Source: Chloroflexota bacterium
Lineage (GTDB): Bacteria; Chloroflexota; Anaerolineae; UBA2200
Reading direction: 5' to 3'
Assembly (NCBI GenBank): GCA_014360905.1
Contig: JACIWW010000011.1
Span: 27,428-91,427, forward strand
DNA: 64,000 nucleotides
Numbering within the stretch: the first letter of the stretch is position 1; each line of letters starts with the position of its first letter. Below are positions 21,280 through 29,866 of this stretch, piece by piece. Under the pieces are notes generated by a model. That model worked only from the letters and a program-made list of their open reading frames with translations. It made no database searches and was not told the DNA's origin. Made by a program: the position numbers and the translations under genes.

Positions 21280-21315
21280 CCCCCTCTGGTGTGCGCCCAG
21301 AGGGGGTTTCTTTTT
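21280..21315 (+). terminator. Rho-independent terminator after csp
   Basis: CCCCCTCTGG (21280-89), loop TGTGCGC, CCAGAGGGGG (21297-306), then TTTCTTTTT. Confidence 0.85.
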
Positions 21316-21378
21316 CCCTGCATTTTGCAGTAAACTTCTAATAGGTAGTGAGTTCAAGTGAAAGGAGTCTAGGAAGCA

Positions 21379-22359
21379 ATGAAAGGACGAGTTTTCTCTG
21401 GGGCACGCCCTACTGGTCGTCAGCATCTCGGCAACTACTGCGGCGCGATCAAAAACTATGTCGCTCTGCAGGAAGATTACGAGTGTATCTATTGCGTGGT
21501 AGATTTGCATGCTTTGACTACCCTTCGTGACACATGCGAGCTCAAACAAAACACTTACGAGATGGTTCTCGATTGGCTCGCCGCAGGCATGGATCCCAAA
21601 CGCAGCATCATCTTTGTCCAGTCCCATGTACCACAAGTGACCGAGTTGCACACGATTCTCTCCATGGTAACCCCCATGGGCTGGCTCACACGCTTGCCCA
21701 CTTTTAAGGAAAAGGTGCGCCAGCAACCTGATAACGTCAACTATGGATTGCTAGGGTACCCTGTTCTTATGGCTGCAGATATCACTTTGTACAAAGCGGA
21801 TACGGTGCCCGTGGGAGACGACCAACTCCCTCATCTGGAGTTCGCTCGTGAGATCGTGCGGCGGTTTAACTTTCAGTTTGGCGAAACGTTAATCGAACCC
21901 CAAGCCAAATTGACGGAGACACCACGTATCATAGGCATCGATGGGGTCAACAAAATGAGCAAATCGCTGGACAATCATATTGAGCTAGCCGCAACACCGG
22001 AGGAAATCCGCCGTCGCGTGATGATCATGGTCACTGACCCGGCACGGCGCTATAAGACCGATCCTGGCCATCCCGAGATTTGCAATGTTTTTGCCCTGCA
22101 TAAAATTTTTTCAGCGGATACAGCAGCTATTGATCGCATTGAAGCAGATTGTCGCAACGCCAGCATTGGCTGTGTAGAGCACAAAAAGTGGTTCGCCGAA
22201 GATCTGATTCAAGCATTGGCTCCGTTCCGTGAACGCCGTGCGACACTAGGCCAAGACCCTCACTTGGTGTGGGATGTGCTTGCGGATGGAGCAGCTCGTG
22301 CGAGGTTGATCGCGCAAGAGACGATTGCCGAGGTCAAGGAGCGGGTAGGCTTGCCATAG
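21379..22359 (+). CDS. trpS: Tryptophanyl-tRNA synthetase
   Basis: SGARPTGRQHLGNYCGAI (HIGH-equivalent), KMSKSL, 326 aa. Confidence 0.95.
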   Translation: MKGRVFSGARPTGRQHLGNYCGAIKNYVALQEDYECIYCVVDLHALTTLRDTCELKQNTYEMVLDWLAAGMDPKRSIIFVQSHVPQVTELHTILSMVTPMGWLTRLPTFKEKVRQQPDNVNYGLLGYPVLMAADITLYKADTVPVGDDQLPHLEFAREIVRRFNFQFGETLIEPQAKLTETPRIIGIDGVNKMSKSLDNHIELAATPEEIRRRVMIMVTDPARRYKTDPGHPEICNVFALHKIFSADTAAIDRIEADCRNASIGCVEHKKWFAEDLIQALAPFRERRATLGQDPHLVWDVLADGAARARLIAQETIAEVKERVGLP

Positions 22360-23224
22360 CACGTGCGCCAGCCACCTGAATTACCCCTGCTGCGAGGCGA
22401 TTGCCCTCGCTCAAAGCCGCCGCCAAATCGTGCCGGGTTAGCCAGGTCACGACAAAGGCGGCGGCAAAAGCATCCCCAGCCCCAGTCGTGTCCACGACGG
22501 GCACGCTAAAGCCTGGACAATAGAGCATCGTGTCCCTTGTTCCCGCTATAGCGCCGTTCTCTCCCATTTTGAGGACAACTATAGGAAAATGCGGCAGTAG
22601 AGCGCGCAAAATTTGCTCTGGTTCGTGTTCTCCTGTCACTGCGCGCCCTTCATCTAGGTTTGGGAAAAACACATCCACTCCTTGTGCCAGCGGAAGAAAA
22701 GCTGCCGCCCCAATTCGCTGCAAATAGCTAGATGAAGCAGGGTCAAGTGAGACTGGTTTACCTCGTTCCTTCATATATTGGATGGCTGCCAGTGCAGCCT
22801 CCCGCGGTTTATCCTCGAAGAAAGAATATGCAGTAAGATGGAGCCAATCTGCCTGGTCCAGCAACGCCCAGTCCAACTCCTCAATGCTCAGTGTCGCGTT
22901 GGCGCTGCGTGCTGCCAGCATGGTATGTTCACCGCTTTGGTCAAGGATCATCAGCGTAAAACCCGTTGTTTCCTTCCCCATGACCACGCCACTTGCGACT
23001 TTTTCTTGCTCTAGATCATGAAGCAGTGCGTGACCAAACAGGTCATCGCCTACTTTTGCGATGAGTCCTGTTTTGGCTCCTAAACGAGTTGCCCATACGG
23101 CGAAATTGGCGGCTGAACCCCCTGGTGAGATGCTGGCCCGCGCGGCGCAATCAGTGCCATGCAGGACGAATGAACTAGACTGAACGACAATGTCCAACAT
23201 CAAGTCGCCGAGAGCGATGATCAT
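22334..23224 (-). CDS. PfkB-family carbohydrate kinase
   Basis: DTTGAGDAFAAAF signature and GGSAANFAVW motif. 296 aa. The 3' end overlaps the trpS 3' end by 26 bp (convergent). Confidence 0.8.
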   Translation of the reverse strand: MIIALGDLMLDIVVQSSSFVLHGTDCAARASISPGGSAANFAVWATRLGAKTGLIAKVGDDLFGHALLHDLEQEKVASGVVMGKETTGFTLMILDQSGEHTMLAARSANATLSIEELDWALLDQADWLHLTAYSFFEDKPREAALAAIQYMKERGKPVSLDPASSSYLQRIGAAAFLPLAQGVDVFFPNLDEGRAVTGEHEPEQILRALLPHFPIVVLKMGENGAIAGTRDTMLYCPGFSVPVVDTTGAGDAFAAAFVVTWLTRHDLAAALSEGNRLAAGVIQVAGARAMASLPAP

Positions 23225-24264
23225 GAGCCCCCTCGCGCGGTAAGTAGGTTAATGGTATCGCGCAGCACAGCTCCGGCAGTAGCCATCGTGCCCTCCTCTT
23301 CGATAATAGCCGTGATAGTTCCATTGATGTCTGTAGTGTACACCACGCCCATTTGCCATTTGGTGAGACGGGCTAGGGCATGTTCCAGAGGTAGCTCCGT
23401 AGGGCGTACAGCCAGTTTGTAGCTTTCTCCAAAAAGTTCGGCAGTGGCCAGTAGTTTGATCGCATGCCCGCGCTCTTGCGCGTGCAGCAATTGGGTTCGG
23501 TCTATACCGCGGATGCCCTGCACCGATACATCCTGCAAAGTGGCAGGCATGCCCAGTACGCTATTGGCCACAATGATCAATTTGTTGGCAGCATCCCAGC
23601 CATCAATGTCTAGGCTTGGATTAGCCTCGGCAACTCCTGCGCGTTGTGCTTCTGCGAGAGCATCCTCGAAGGATAGGCCGCTTTCCGCTATACGGACTAG
23701 GATATAATTCGTGGTGGTGTTAAAGACACCCTCCACGCGTAGGATTTTTGCCGCAACCAGGTCCCGGCGTCCAATGTTCACGGTGGGCAAGCCCCCAGCC
23801 ACTGCGCCGCTGAAGAGAAACTGTCTCTTTTTCTCTGCTGACAACGCTGCTAGACGCTGATAGGCCAGCACGAGGGGCCCTTTGTTGGCTGTCACGACAT
23901 CCATGCCGTGCTCAAGTGCCCAGGTTATGGCGGACAAGCCCGGTTCGCCATGTTTCAGATTGGTCGGCGACAATTCAATAAGGAGATGCGCATTGGATTG
24001 TTTTAGAGCATCCAGAGCTGTCCATCCACGTTGTCCATATTGTGGATAGACAGCGACGCTTTGGCCTGTTTCCTTCAAGTGCAAGACTTGGCTAATGTCC
24101 AGCCCACCATCGTGAAGCGCTGCCCCAGATGAGTCCACTGCGGCGACTAGAGACAGTTGCAGGCCAAAGCGCGCACCAAGCATGTCTTGCTTCTGCAGTA
24201 GAATGCGCAGCAAGCTCCGACCAATGTTGCCAATGCCGACCAGAGCGAACCGATATGTTTTCAT
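23221..24264 (-). CDS. Homoserine dehydrogenase family protein (no ACT domain)
   Basis: FALVGIGNIGRSLL NAD motif, VVTANKGPL, FSGAVAGGLPTV, and GVFNTTTNYIL...AQRAGVAEANPSLDIDGWDAANK. Start is taken at the ATG 6 nt after GGAGAA; the ORF extends to 24291. Confidence 0.75.
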   Translation of the reverse strand: MKTYRFALVGIGNIGRSLLRILLQKQDMLGARFGLQLSLVAAVDSSGAALHDGGLDISQVLHLKETGQSVAVYPQYGQRGWTALDALKQSNAHLLIELSPTNLKHGEPGLSAITWALEHGMDVVTANKGPLVLAYQRLAALSAEKKRQFLFSGAVAGGLPTVNIGRRDLVAAKILRVEGVFNTTTNYILVRIAESGLSFEDALAEAQRAGVAEANPSLDIDGWDAANKLIIVANSVLGMPATLQDVSVQGIRGIDRTQLLHAQERGHAIKLLATAELFGESYKLAVRPTELPLEHALARLTKWQMGVVYTTDINGTITAIIEEEGTMATAGAVLRDTINLLTARGGS

Positions 24265-24326
24265 CTTCATTTCTCCAAAATCTGCTTTCACCTCGGAGTA
24301 TAAGTGAAACCTTATGCGCAGTCAAT

Positions 24327-24355
24327 TTGACGCCTATTCATTGCCGTGATAAGCT
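24327..24355 (+). promoter_or_regulatory. Promoter candidate (TTGACG-N17-TAAGCT) ahead of the plus-strand glycan block
   Basis: Hexamers at 24327-32 and 24350-55, 20 nt upstream of the ATG at 24376. Confidence 0.3.
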
Positions 24356-24375
24356 TAATTGAGAGGACTTGCTAA

Positions 24376-25377
24376 ATGCCTAATACTGTTTCCATAATCA
24401 TCCCCACCTGGAATGGTCTGAGCTATCTGCCGACCTGCTTGAGTGCAGTGCTGTGCCAGACGTACACTCAATACGAGGTATTAGTGGTAGATAATAACTC
24501 AAGCGATGGTTCTTACGAGTTTGTGGCTAAGCATTATCCTGCAGTGCGCATTTTGCGGTCGGAGAGGAACCTAGGCTTTGCTGGTGGAACCAATCTTGGG
24601 ATACACAATACACACAGCGAGTATGTAGCGACACTCAACAATGACACTGAGGTAGAGCCCGCCTGGCTGGAGGAGCTAGTTAAAGCGATGGATTCAGATC
24701 CTAGTATCGGTATGTGTGCTTCTAAGATGCTTTTTTACGACCAACGCCAGGTGATTAATTCCGCTGGTATAGCTGTAGACCGCATGGGCATTGCTTGGGA
24801 TCGCGGTAGTGGGGAACCAGACAACGGTGCTGAGTCTGAGCCGTATGAGGTTTTTGGACCTTGTGCTGGAGCAGCCCTGTATCGTCGTACCATGCTGGAC
24901 GAGGTTGGCCTTTTCGATGAGGAGTACTTTGGCTATTTGGAAGATGTTGACCTTGCCTGGCGTGCTCAGGCATTTGGTTGGCGTTGTCTATATGTGCCTT
25001 CTGCGCGTGTGTATCACGTGCATTCAGCTACTGGACGGGAAGGCAGTCCTCTCAAGAATTACCTTCTTGGTCGCAACAAGTGGTGGACGATAATCAAGAA
25101 CTACCCTTGGCCATATTGGCTTTGGCATAGTCCCCTGATCCTTGCCTATGACTTGATGGCAGCGGCATATGGCATGGTAATTAACCGTGACCCTCACGGC
25201 CTGCAGGGTAGGCTAGCTGCGCTTCAATCCCTCCCCGCTACCTTGCACAAGCGACGCGCAATCCAAAGCTGCCCTGGTTACTCTGCACTCCGGGCATTCT
25301 CCTGCCTAAGCTCACTCGATTTCCCCACAAAGGTTTTGCAGCGCTTCAAACACCAAACCTGCACCACCCATGGATAG
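24376..25377 (+). CDS. Glycosyltransferase family 2
   Basis: SIIIPTWNGLSYLPTCLSAVLCQTYTQYEVLVVDNNSSDGS, NLGFAGGTN, and a DxD-like YLEDVDL. Confidence 0.85.
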   Translation: MPNTVSIIIPTWNGLSYLPTCLSAVLCQTYTQYEVLVVDNNSSDGSYEFVAKHYPAVRILRSERNLGFAGGTNLGIHNTHSEYVATLNNDTEVEPAWLEELVKAMDSDPSIGMCASKMLFYDQRQVINSAGIAVDRMGIAWDRGSGEPDNGAESEPYEVFGPCAGAALYRRTMLDEVGLFDEEYFGYLEDVDLAWRAQAFGWRCLYVPSARVYHVHSATGREGSPLKNYLLGRNKWWTIIKNYPWPYWLWHSPLILAYDLMAAAYGMVINRDPHGLQGRLAALQSLPATLHKRRAIQSCPGYSALRAFSCLSSLDFPTKVLQRFKHQTCTTHG

Positions 25378-25542
25378 CCGCAGCATAAGAGGGCTGAGTA
25401 CGTTTCCTCTATCATTGTTTAGATTCGCGCTAGATATGGTGTATTATTTCTATAACGAGAGAGCGCCTAACACGCACATTTGCTTACCTTGCTTTCACGT
25501 GTTACAATTTTAAACCGCCATAAGAAATGTTGGAGGGGAGCG

Positions 25543-26352
25543 TTGTTTGTCAGACTCGCTGGATTAGTCAGGTACCGCGAACTAGTGAAAAACCTCGTTG
25601 TGCGGGACTTGAAAGCGCGCTATAAGAATTCAGTCTTAGGTTTCCTATGGTCTTTGCTGAACCCGTTATTCACCATGCTGGTCTTCACCGTAGTCTTTAC
25701 TTTTATGATGCCCAATAATCAGATCAGCAAATTTCCTGTGTTCCTGCTCTGTGCCCTTCTGCCCTGGAATTTCTTTCAAGCGGCACTGACAGGTTGTACC
25801 AATAGCATCGTGGATAACGCTGCACTGGTGAAAAAGGTATACTTTCCTCGTGAAACCTTGCCGTTGTCCACGGTGCTTTCTAACTTTATCAATTTTCTCT
25901 TGGCACTGACTGTCCTATTTGCTATGTTGTGGGCCTTTAGAATACCGCTGACAAAACAAGTTCTCTGGCTGCCTGTAATCATGGTGATACAACTGGCTTT
26001 TACCCTGGGCCTTGGGCTGATTCTGGCCACGATTAACGTATTCTATCGAGATACGGGCTTGATTCTAGGCGTGATCCTGCAGGCTTGGTTTTTCTTAACC
26101 CCTGTTATCTATCCGATTGATATTCTGCCCACTCAGCGTTTCATCCTAGGTCTGAATCTGAATGTGCATCGTCTAACCTATATCCTGAATCCAATGGCTT
26201 CCATTATTTCGTCATATCGAGTTGTGCTCTACCATGGAGCCCCGCCAGCTCTTGACTTTATGTTGAGAACGCTGGTCACTGCTTTAGCAGTATTGGCATT
26301 TGGCTATGCGATCTTCTCCCACTACAGTGGTACATTCGGAGAAGAGGTCTAA
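25543..26352 (+). CDS. wzm: ABC-2 type polysaccharide/teichoic-acid export permease (Wzm/TagG-like)
   Basis: YRELVKNLVVRDLKARYKNSVLGFLWSLLNPL signature and 6 hydrophobic helices. TTG at 25543 lies 6 nt after GGAGG; the ORF track starts at 25480. Confidence 0.85.
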   Translation: MFVRLAGLVRYRELVKNLVVRDLKARYKNSVLGFLWSLLNPLFTMLVFTVVFTFMMPNNQISKFPVFLLCALLPWNFFQAALTGCTNSIVDNAALVKKVYFPRETLPLSTVLSNFINFLLALTVLFAMLWAFRIPLTKQVLWLPVIMVIQLAFTLGLGLILATINVFYRDTGLILGVILQAWFFLTPVIYPIDILPTQRFILGLNLNVHRLTYILNPMASIISSYRVVLYHGAPPALDFMLRTLVTALAVLAFGYAIFSHYSGTFGEEV

Positions 26353-27662
26353 TGAGCGTCATTAGTCTGAGTAATGTGTCAAAAAAATTTGTGTTCCATC
26401 GCGATCGTCCGCGTTCTTTCCAGGAACTGCTGATCAGGACGCTGAGTAAAAATCACAATGACAGCCGACAAGAGTTCTGGGTGCTGCGGGATCTGAACCT
26501 TGAAGTGGAGCAAGGCGAAACACTTGGGCTTATCGGCTCTAATGGTGCGGGCAAGAGCACGCTACTAAAATTGATCGCTGGCATCATCCAGCCTACGACT
26601 GGCAAGATCAGGGTCACAGGCCGTCTAGCAGCTTTGCTGGAATTAGGTGCTGGTTTCCATCCAGATCTGACAGGGCGGGAGAATGTCTTTCTAAATGGCT
26701 CTATTCTCGGTCTTAGTGAGCGCGAGATGCGTAGCCGTTTTGACGAGATTGTGGCCTTTGCAGAACTAGACAAATTTATCGATATGCCGCTCAGACACTA
26801 CTCATCGGGGATGCAACTGCGTCTAGGATTCTCCATTGCTACAAGCCTGAATCCGGATATTCTCCTGATTGATGAGGTGTTGGCAGTAGGTGATGAGGCT
26901 TTTCAAAAAAAGTGTCTATCTCGTATAGATGAATTCCGCCGGGGCGGCAAAACGATCTTGCTGGTATCGCATAACTTGGAGGCTATCAAATTACTTTGTA
27001 ACCGGGTACTCTGGCTAGAAATGAATCAGTCCGCAGTGGAGGGGCCAACGCTCGAGGTCGTAGAGAGTTATCGCCTCCGCGTTTGGGAAGAGGGGGCTAA
27101 AAAACGAGACGGCCTGCCTTCAGCACAACATACCACAGCAGCGAACAGCGACACAAGCAGGGATGATCGGGATAAACCCCAAACGCGCTGGGGATCGGGC
27201 GAAATCCTCATTAGGGATGTGCAGTTAATTAATCAAGCTGGCCTGCCTGTCCATTGGATTCAGAGCGGAGAACCGCTAACTATCGAAATCCACTACGAGA
27301 TGCAGCGTGCGGTGTCCGATGTAGTTTTTGGTATTGCCATTTATCGCAGCGATGGCTTATGGTGTTATGGCACAAACACAAAAATTGAAGCTGTGACCCT
27401 GCATCCATTGGTCAAGGAAGGGGTAGTATGCGTAGATTTCCCCAGCCTCAGCCTTATAGCGGGGGAGTACACCTTAGACGTAGCGCTCCATGATAGCGAC
27501 GGTCGCCCTTATGATTACTGGCATCCATATTGTGCATTCTCCGTGCGCTCTCACATTCAGGATGTCGGCGTCTACCGTCCTGAACATAAATGGCGGATTG
27601 ATGCGTATAGAACAGGCCAAGCGGGGAAGGAGTTAGGCACGTGTCCGAAAACGCAACTGTAG
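26352..27662 (+). CDS. wzt: Polysaccharide-export ABC ATPase with C-terminal Wzt_C-like beta-sandwich domain (Wzt/TagH-like)
   Basis: GLIGSNGAGKSTLLK (Walker A), YSSGMQLRL (signature) and ILLIDEVLAVGD (Walker B). A low-complexity linker then leads to a beta-rich tail of about 150 aa (GEILIRDVQLINQAG...GEYTLDVALHD). The start overlaps the wzm stop (TAATG). Confidence 0.9.
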   Translation: MSVISLSNVSKKFVFHRDRPRSFQELLIRTLSKNHNDSRQEFWVLRDLNLEVEQGETLGLIGSNGAGKSTLLKLIAGIIQPTTGKIRVTGRLAALLELGAGFHPDLTGRENVFLNGSILGLSEREMRSRFDEIVAFAELDKFIDMPLRHYSSGMQLRLGFSIATSLNPDILLIDEVLAVGDEAFQKKCLSRIDEFRRGGKTILLVSHNLEAIKLLCNRVLWLEMNQSAVEGPTLEVVESYRLRVWEEGAKKRDGLPSAQHTTAANSDTSRDDRDKPQTRWGSGEILIRDVQLINQAGLPVHWIQSGEPLTIEIHYEMQRAVSDVVFGIAIYRSDGLWCYGTNTKIEAVTLHPLVKEGVVCVDFPSLSLIAGEYTLDVALHDSDGRPYDYWHPYCAFSVRSHIQDVGVYRPEHKWRIDAYRTGQAGKELGTCPKTQL

Positions 27663-28804
27663 CGCAAGTGCTGGCTAAGCTGAAAGAGGAGATACGAAGT
27701 CGAAAAGCTCAGTCTACTGAACCAAGTCCATCAGGGGCTTTTGTTAAACTTCGACAGGTCTATGCAACAACTCGAGTTAATCCGCATTTGCCTATTGGCT
27801 GGCCCAAAATGCCGCCGGGAATTATCCCCAAGATTGTAGCAATCACGCAAAAGGTTGTGCGACGATTGCTACGCTGGTACATTAACCCTATCGTCGAGCA
27901 GCAAAACGCATACAACGCAGCAGTTACAGCAGCTCTAGAGGCTTTGGTTATGCAGATGGAGCGCCTAGAGACTCAGGTTATGCAGATGGAGCGCCTGGAG
28001 GGTGCACTGAAACAAGAAGCAGAGATGACCCAGGTGCGGTTACAACGACTTGAACGCGCACCTCGCACCTTTGCAACCGAGTCCAGTCCTGCGCCTGTCA
28101 GCGATGGTCCAGTGCTTGATTATTTCCGTCTAGAGCTGCAACTCAGAGGGCCCCAGCTTGTGCGGGAACGACAAGCCGGTTATTTAAAGTATTTTGAGGG
28201 ACGGCAGAATATATTGGATATTGGCTGTGGACGTGGGGAGTTCGTGGAGATGCTGTTGCAGGAAGGCATCAGTGCACGAGGGATCGATCTGGAACCTGAT
28301 GCAGTAGCCTATGCACAGGAACGCGGCCTCCCGGTTGAGTTGGCCGAAGCGATAAATTACCTACAAAGCTTGCCCGACGAGTCGCTAGGCGGCGTGTTTG
28401 CCTCTCAAGTGATTGAGCATCTCAAACCACGCCGACTGGCGTACTTGCTGCAACTCTGTCACGATAAACTGGCAGCTGGCGCACCCATCGTGCTTGAGAC
28501 TCTAAATCCGGCGTGTCTATTGGTTTTGGCTAACTGGTTTATCATTGACCCGACGCATGTCTGGCCAGTACACAGTGAAACCCTCAAGTTTATGTTGGAA
28601 AGCGCTGGTTTTTGGAAAATCAAAATCGAGTTTTTGTCTCCTGTGCCACTTGAACAACGCCTATTGACCATTCCTCCACATGCGAAATTGAAGGATCTCG
28701 ATGCGGAAGCGACATCTTTACTTAATCGCAATATCGATTTGCTAAACAGCACGATCTTTGGCTACCAGGAGTATGCCGCAATCGCCTGGCGTCCACCTAA
28801 TTAG
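27641..28804 (+). CDS. Coiled-coil + class I SAM-dependent methyltransferase
   Basis: The N-terminal ~130 aa are heptad-like (LEALVMQMERLETQVMQMERLEGALKQEAEMTQVRLQRLER). Motif I is ILDIGCGRGEF, followed by GGVFASQVIEHL. GTG start overlaps the wzt end by 22 nt. Confidence 0.75.
   Translation: MSENATVAQVLAKLKEEIRSRKAQSTEPSPSGAFVKLRQVYATTRVNPHLPIGWPKMPPGIIPKIVAITQKVVRRLLRWYINPIVEQQNAYNAAVTAALEALVMQMERLETQVMQMERLEGALKQEAEMTQVRLQRLERAPRTFATESSPAPVSDGPVLDYFRLELQLRGPQLVRERQAGYLKYFEGRQNILDIGCGRGEFVEMLLQEGISARGIDLEPDAVAYAQERGLPVELAEAINYLQSLPDESLGGVFASQVIEHLKPRRLAYLLQLCHDKLAAGAPIVLETLNPACLLVLANWFIIDPTHVWPVHSETLKFMLESAGFWKIKIEFLSPVPLEQRLLTIPPHAKLKDLDAEATSLLNRNIDLLNSTIFGYQEYAAIAWRPPN
27946..28000 (+). 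repeat. In-frame 30-bp tandem duplication inside the coiled-coil coding region
   Basis: GGTTATGCAGATGGAGCGCCTAGAG (27946-27970) recurs at 27976-28000 with one mismatch. The period is 30 bp, which encodes VMQMERLETQ/VMQMERLEGA. Confidence 0.9.
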
Positions 28805-28819
28805 CGGGAAACAAAGGCT

Positions 28820-29866
28820 ATGAGTATCAAGAACATTATTATCTGCACTAGTCAAGTTCCCCTGCGACATGGAGGCACTGAGGTCCTGGTACAGTGCCTG
28901 CGACAAGCTTTGCACAAGCGCGGATTTCGAGTAGATGTCGTGAGTATTCCATTTCGCGATTATCCCAAAAGCGAGATCCTGAAAAGCCATCTTGTATGGC
29001 GACTCCTAGACCTTACGGAAAGTGATGGGCAAAAGGTGGACATGGTAATTGCCACCAAATTCCCTTCCTACCTCGTACAGCATCCTAACAAGGTAACCTG
29101 GTTAGTGCAGCAATTCCGACAAGTATATGATTTGGTAAGCACCGAATTCAGCCCGTTTACTAATTCGAACGAGGATGCTGCTTTGCGCCGTGTGCTCTGC
29201 CGTCTGGATACCACGGCTCTCAAGGAGTCTAAGCGCCTGTTTGCCATCTCGGACAACGTAGCCAAGCGTCTAGAGCGTTACAACGGTTTGCGAGCAACAC
29301 CGCTCTATCCTCCACCGCAACATGAAGGTTTATATCACAACGAGGGTTATGGAGATTATATACTGGCCGTCAGTCGCCTGAATCGCATGAAAAGGCTGGA
29401 CTTGCTCATACAAGCTATGGCGCTGACTAAACAACCGGCTCGCTGCCTTATTGTCGGCGAGGGACCGGAAGAGGAACATTTAAAAAGATTGATCCGGGAG
29501 CACAAATTGGAAGGCAGGGTAAAGCTTCTGGGCTTTGTAGATGACCAGTGTCTTTTGGATTTGTATGCCAATTGTTTTGCCTTCTTCTTCGCCCCGTACG
29601 ATGAAGATTATGGCTTGGTAACCTTGGAAGCCTTCAAATCGCAGAAGCCGGTCATCACAGCTGCGGACTCGGGTGGAGTGTTAGAATTCGTAGAGCATGG
29701 TTGCAACGGTTACATAGCTGCAACTGGAAACGCAGCTGAATTCGCTGACTATATCGAGCGCCTCTATGCTGACCGAGCGCTATGTCAGAGACTCGGCACA
29801 GAAGGCTATGAGAGGGTGCGAGATATTACTTGGGATCGCACGATTGATCAGTTGCTAGGATTGTAA
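28820..29866 (+). CDS. Glycosyltransferase family 4
   Basis: 348 aa. APYDEDYGLVTLEAFKSQKPVITAADSGG (E-x7-E region). Confidence 0.8.
   Translation: MSIKNIIICTSQVPLRHGGTEVLVQCLRQALHKRGFRVDVVSIPFRDYPKSEILKSHLVWRLLDLTESDGQKVDMVIATKFPSYLVQHPNKVTWLVQQFRQVYDLVSTEFSPFTNSNEDAALRRVLCRLDTTALKESKRLFAISDNVAKRLERYNGLRATPLYPPPQHEGLYHNEGYGDYILAVSRLNRMKRLDLLIQAMALTKQPARCLIVGEGPEEEHLKRLIREHKLEGRVKLLGFVDDQCLLDLYANCFAFFFAPYDEDYGLVTLEAFKSQKPVITAADSGGVLEFVEHGCNGYIAATGNAAEFADYIERLYADRALCQRLGTEGYERVRDITWDRTIDQLLGL

Noticed and set aside
21280-21378. Possible T-box or other leader upstream of trpS
   Set aside because: I found no GGGTGGTACC-type T-box core and no specifier stem. The only strong hairpin is the csp terminator.
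21241-21726. 161-aa minus-strand ORF across the csp-trpS junction
   Set aside because: It spans the csp terminator hairpin and the 5' end of trpS on the opposite strand. It is not compatible with the clear signals there.
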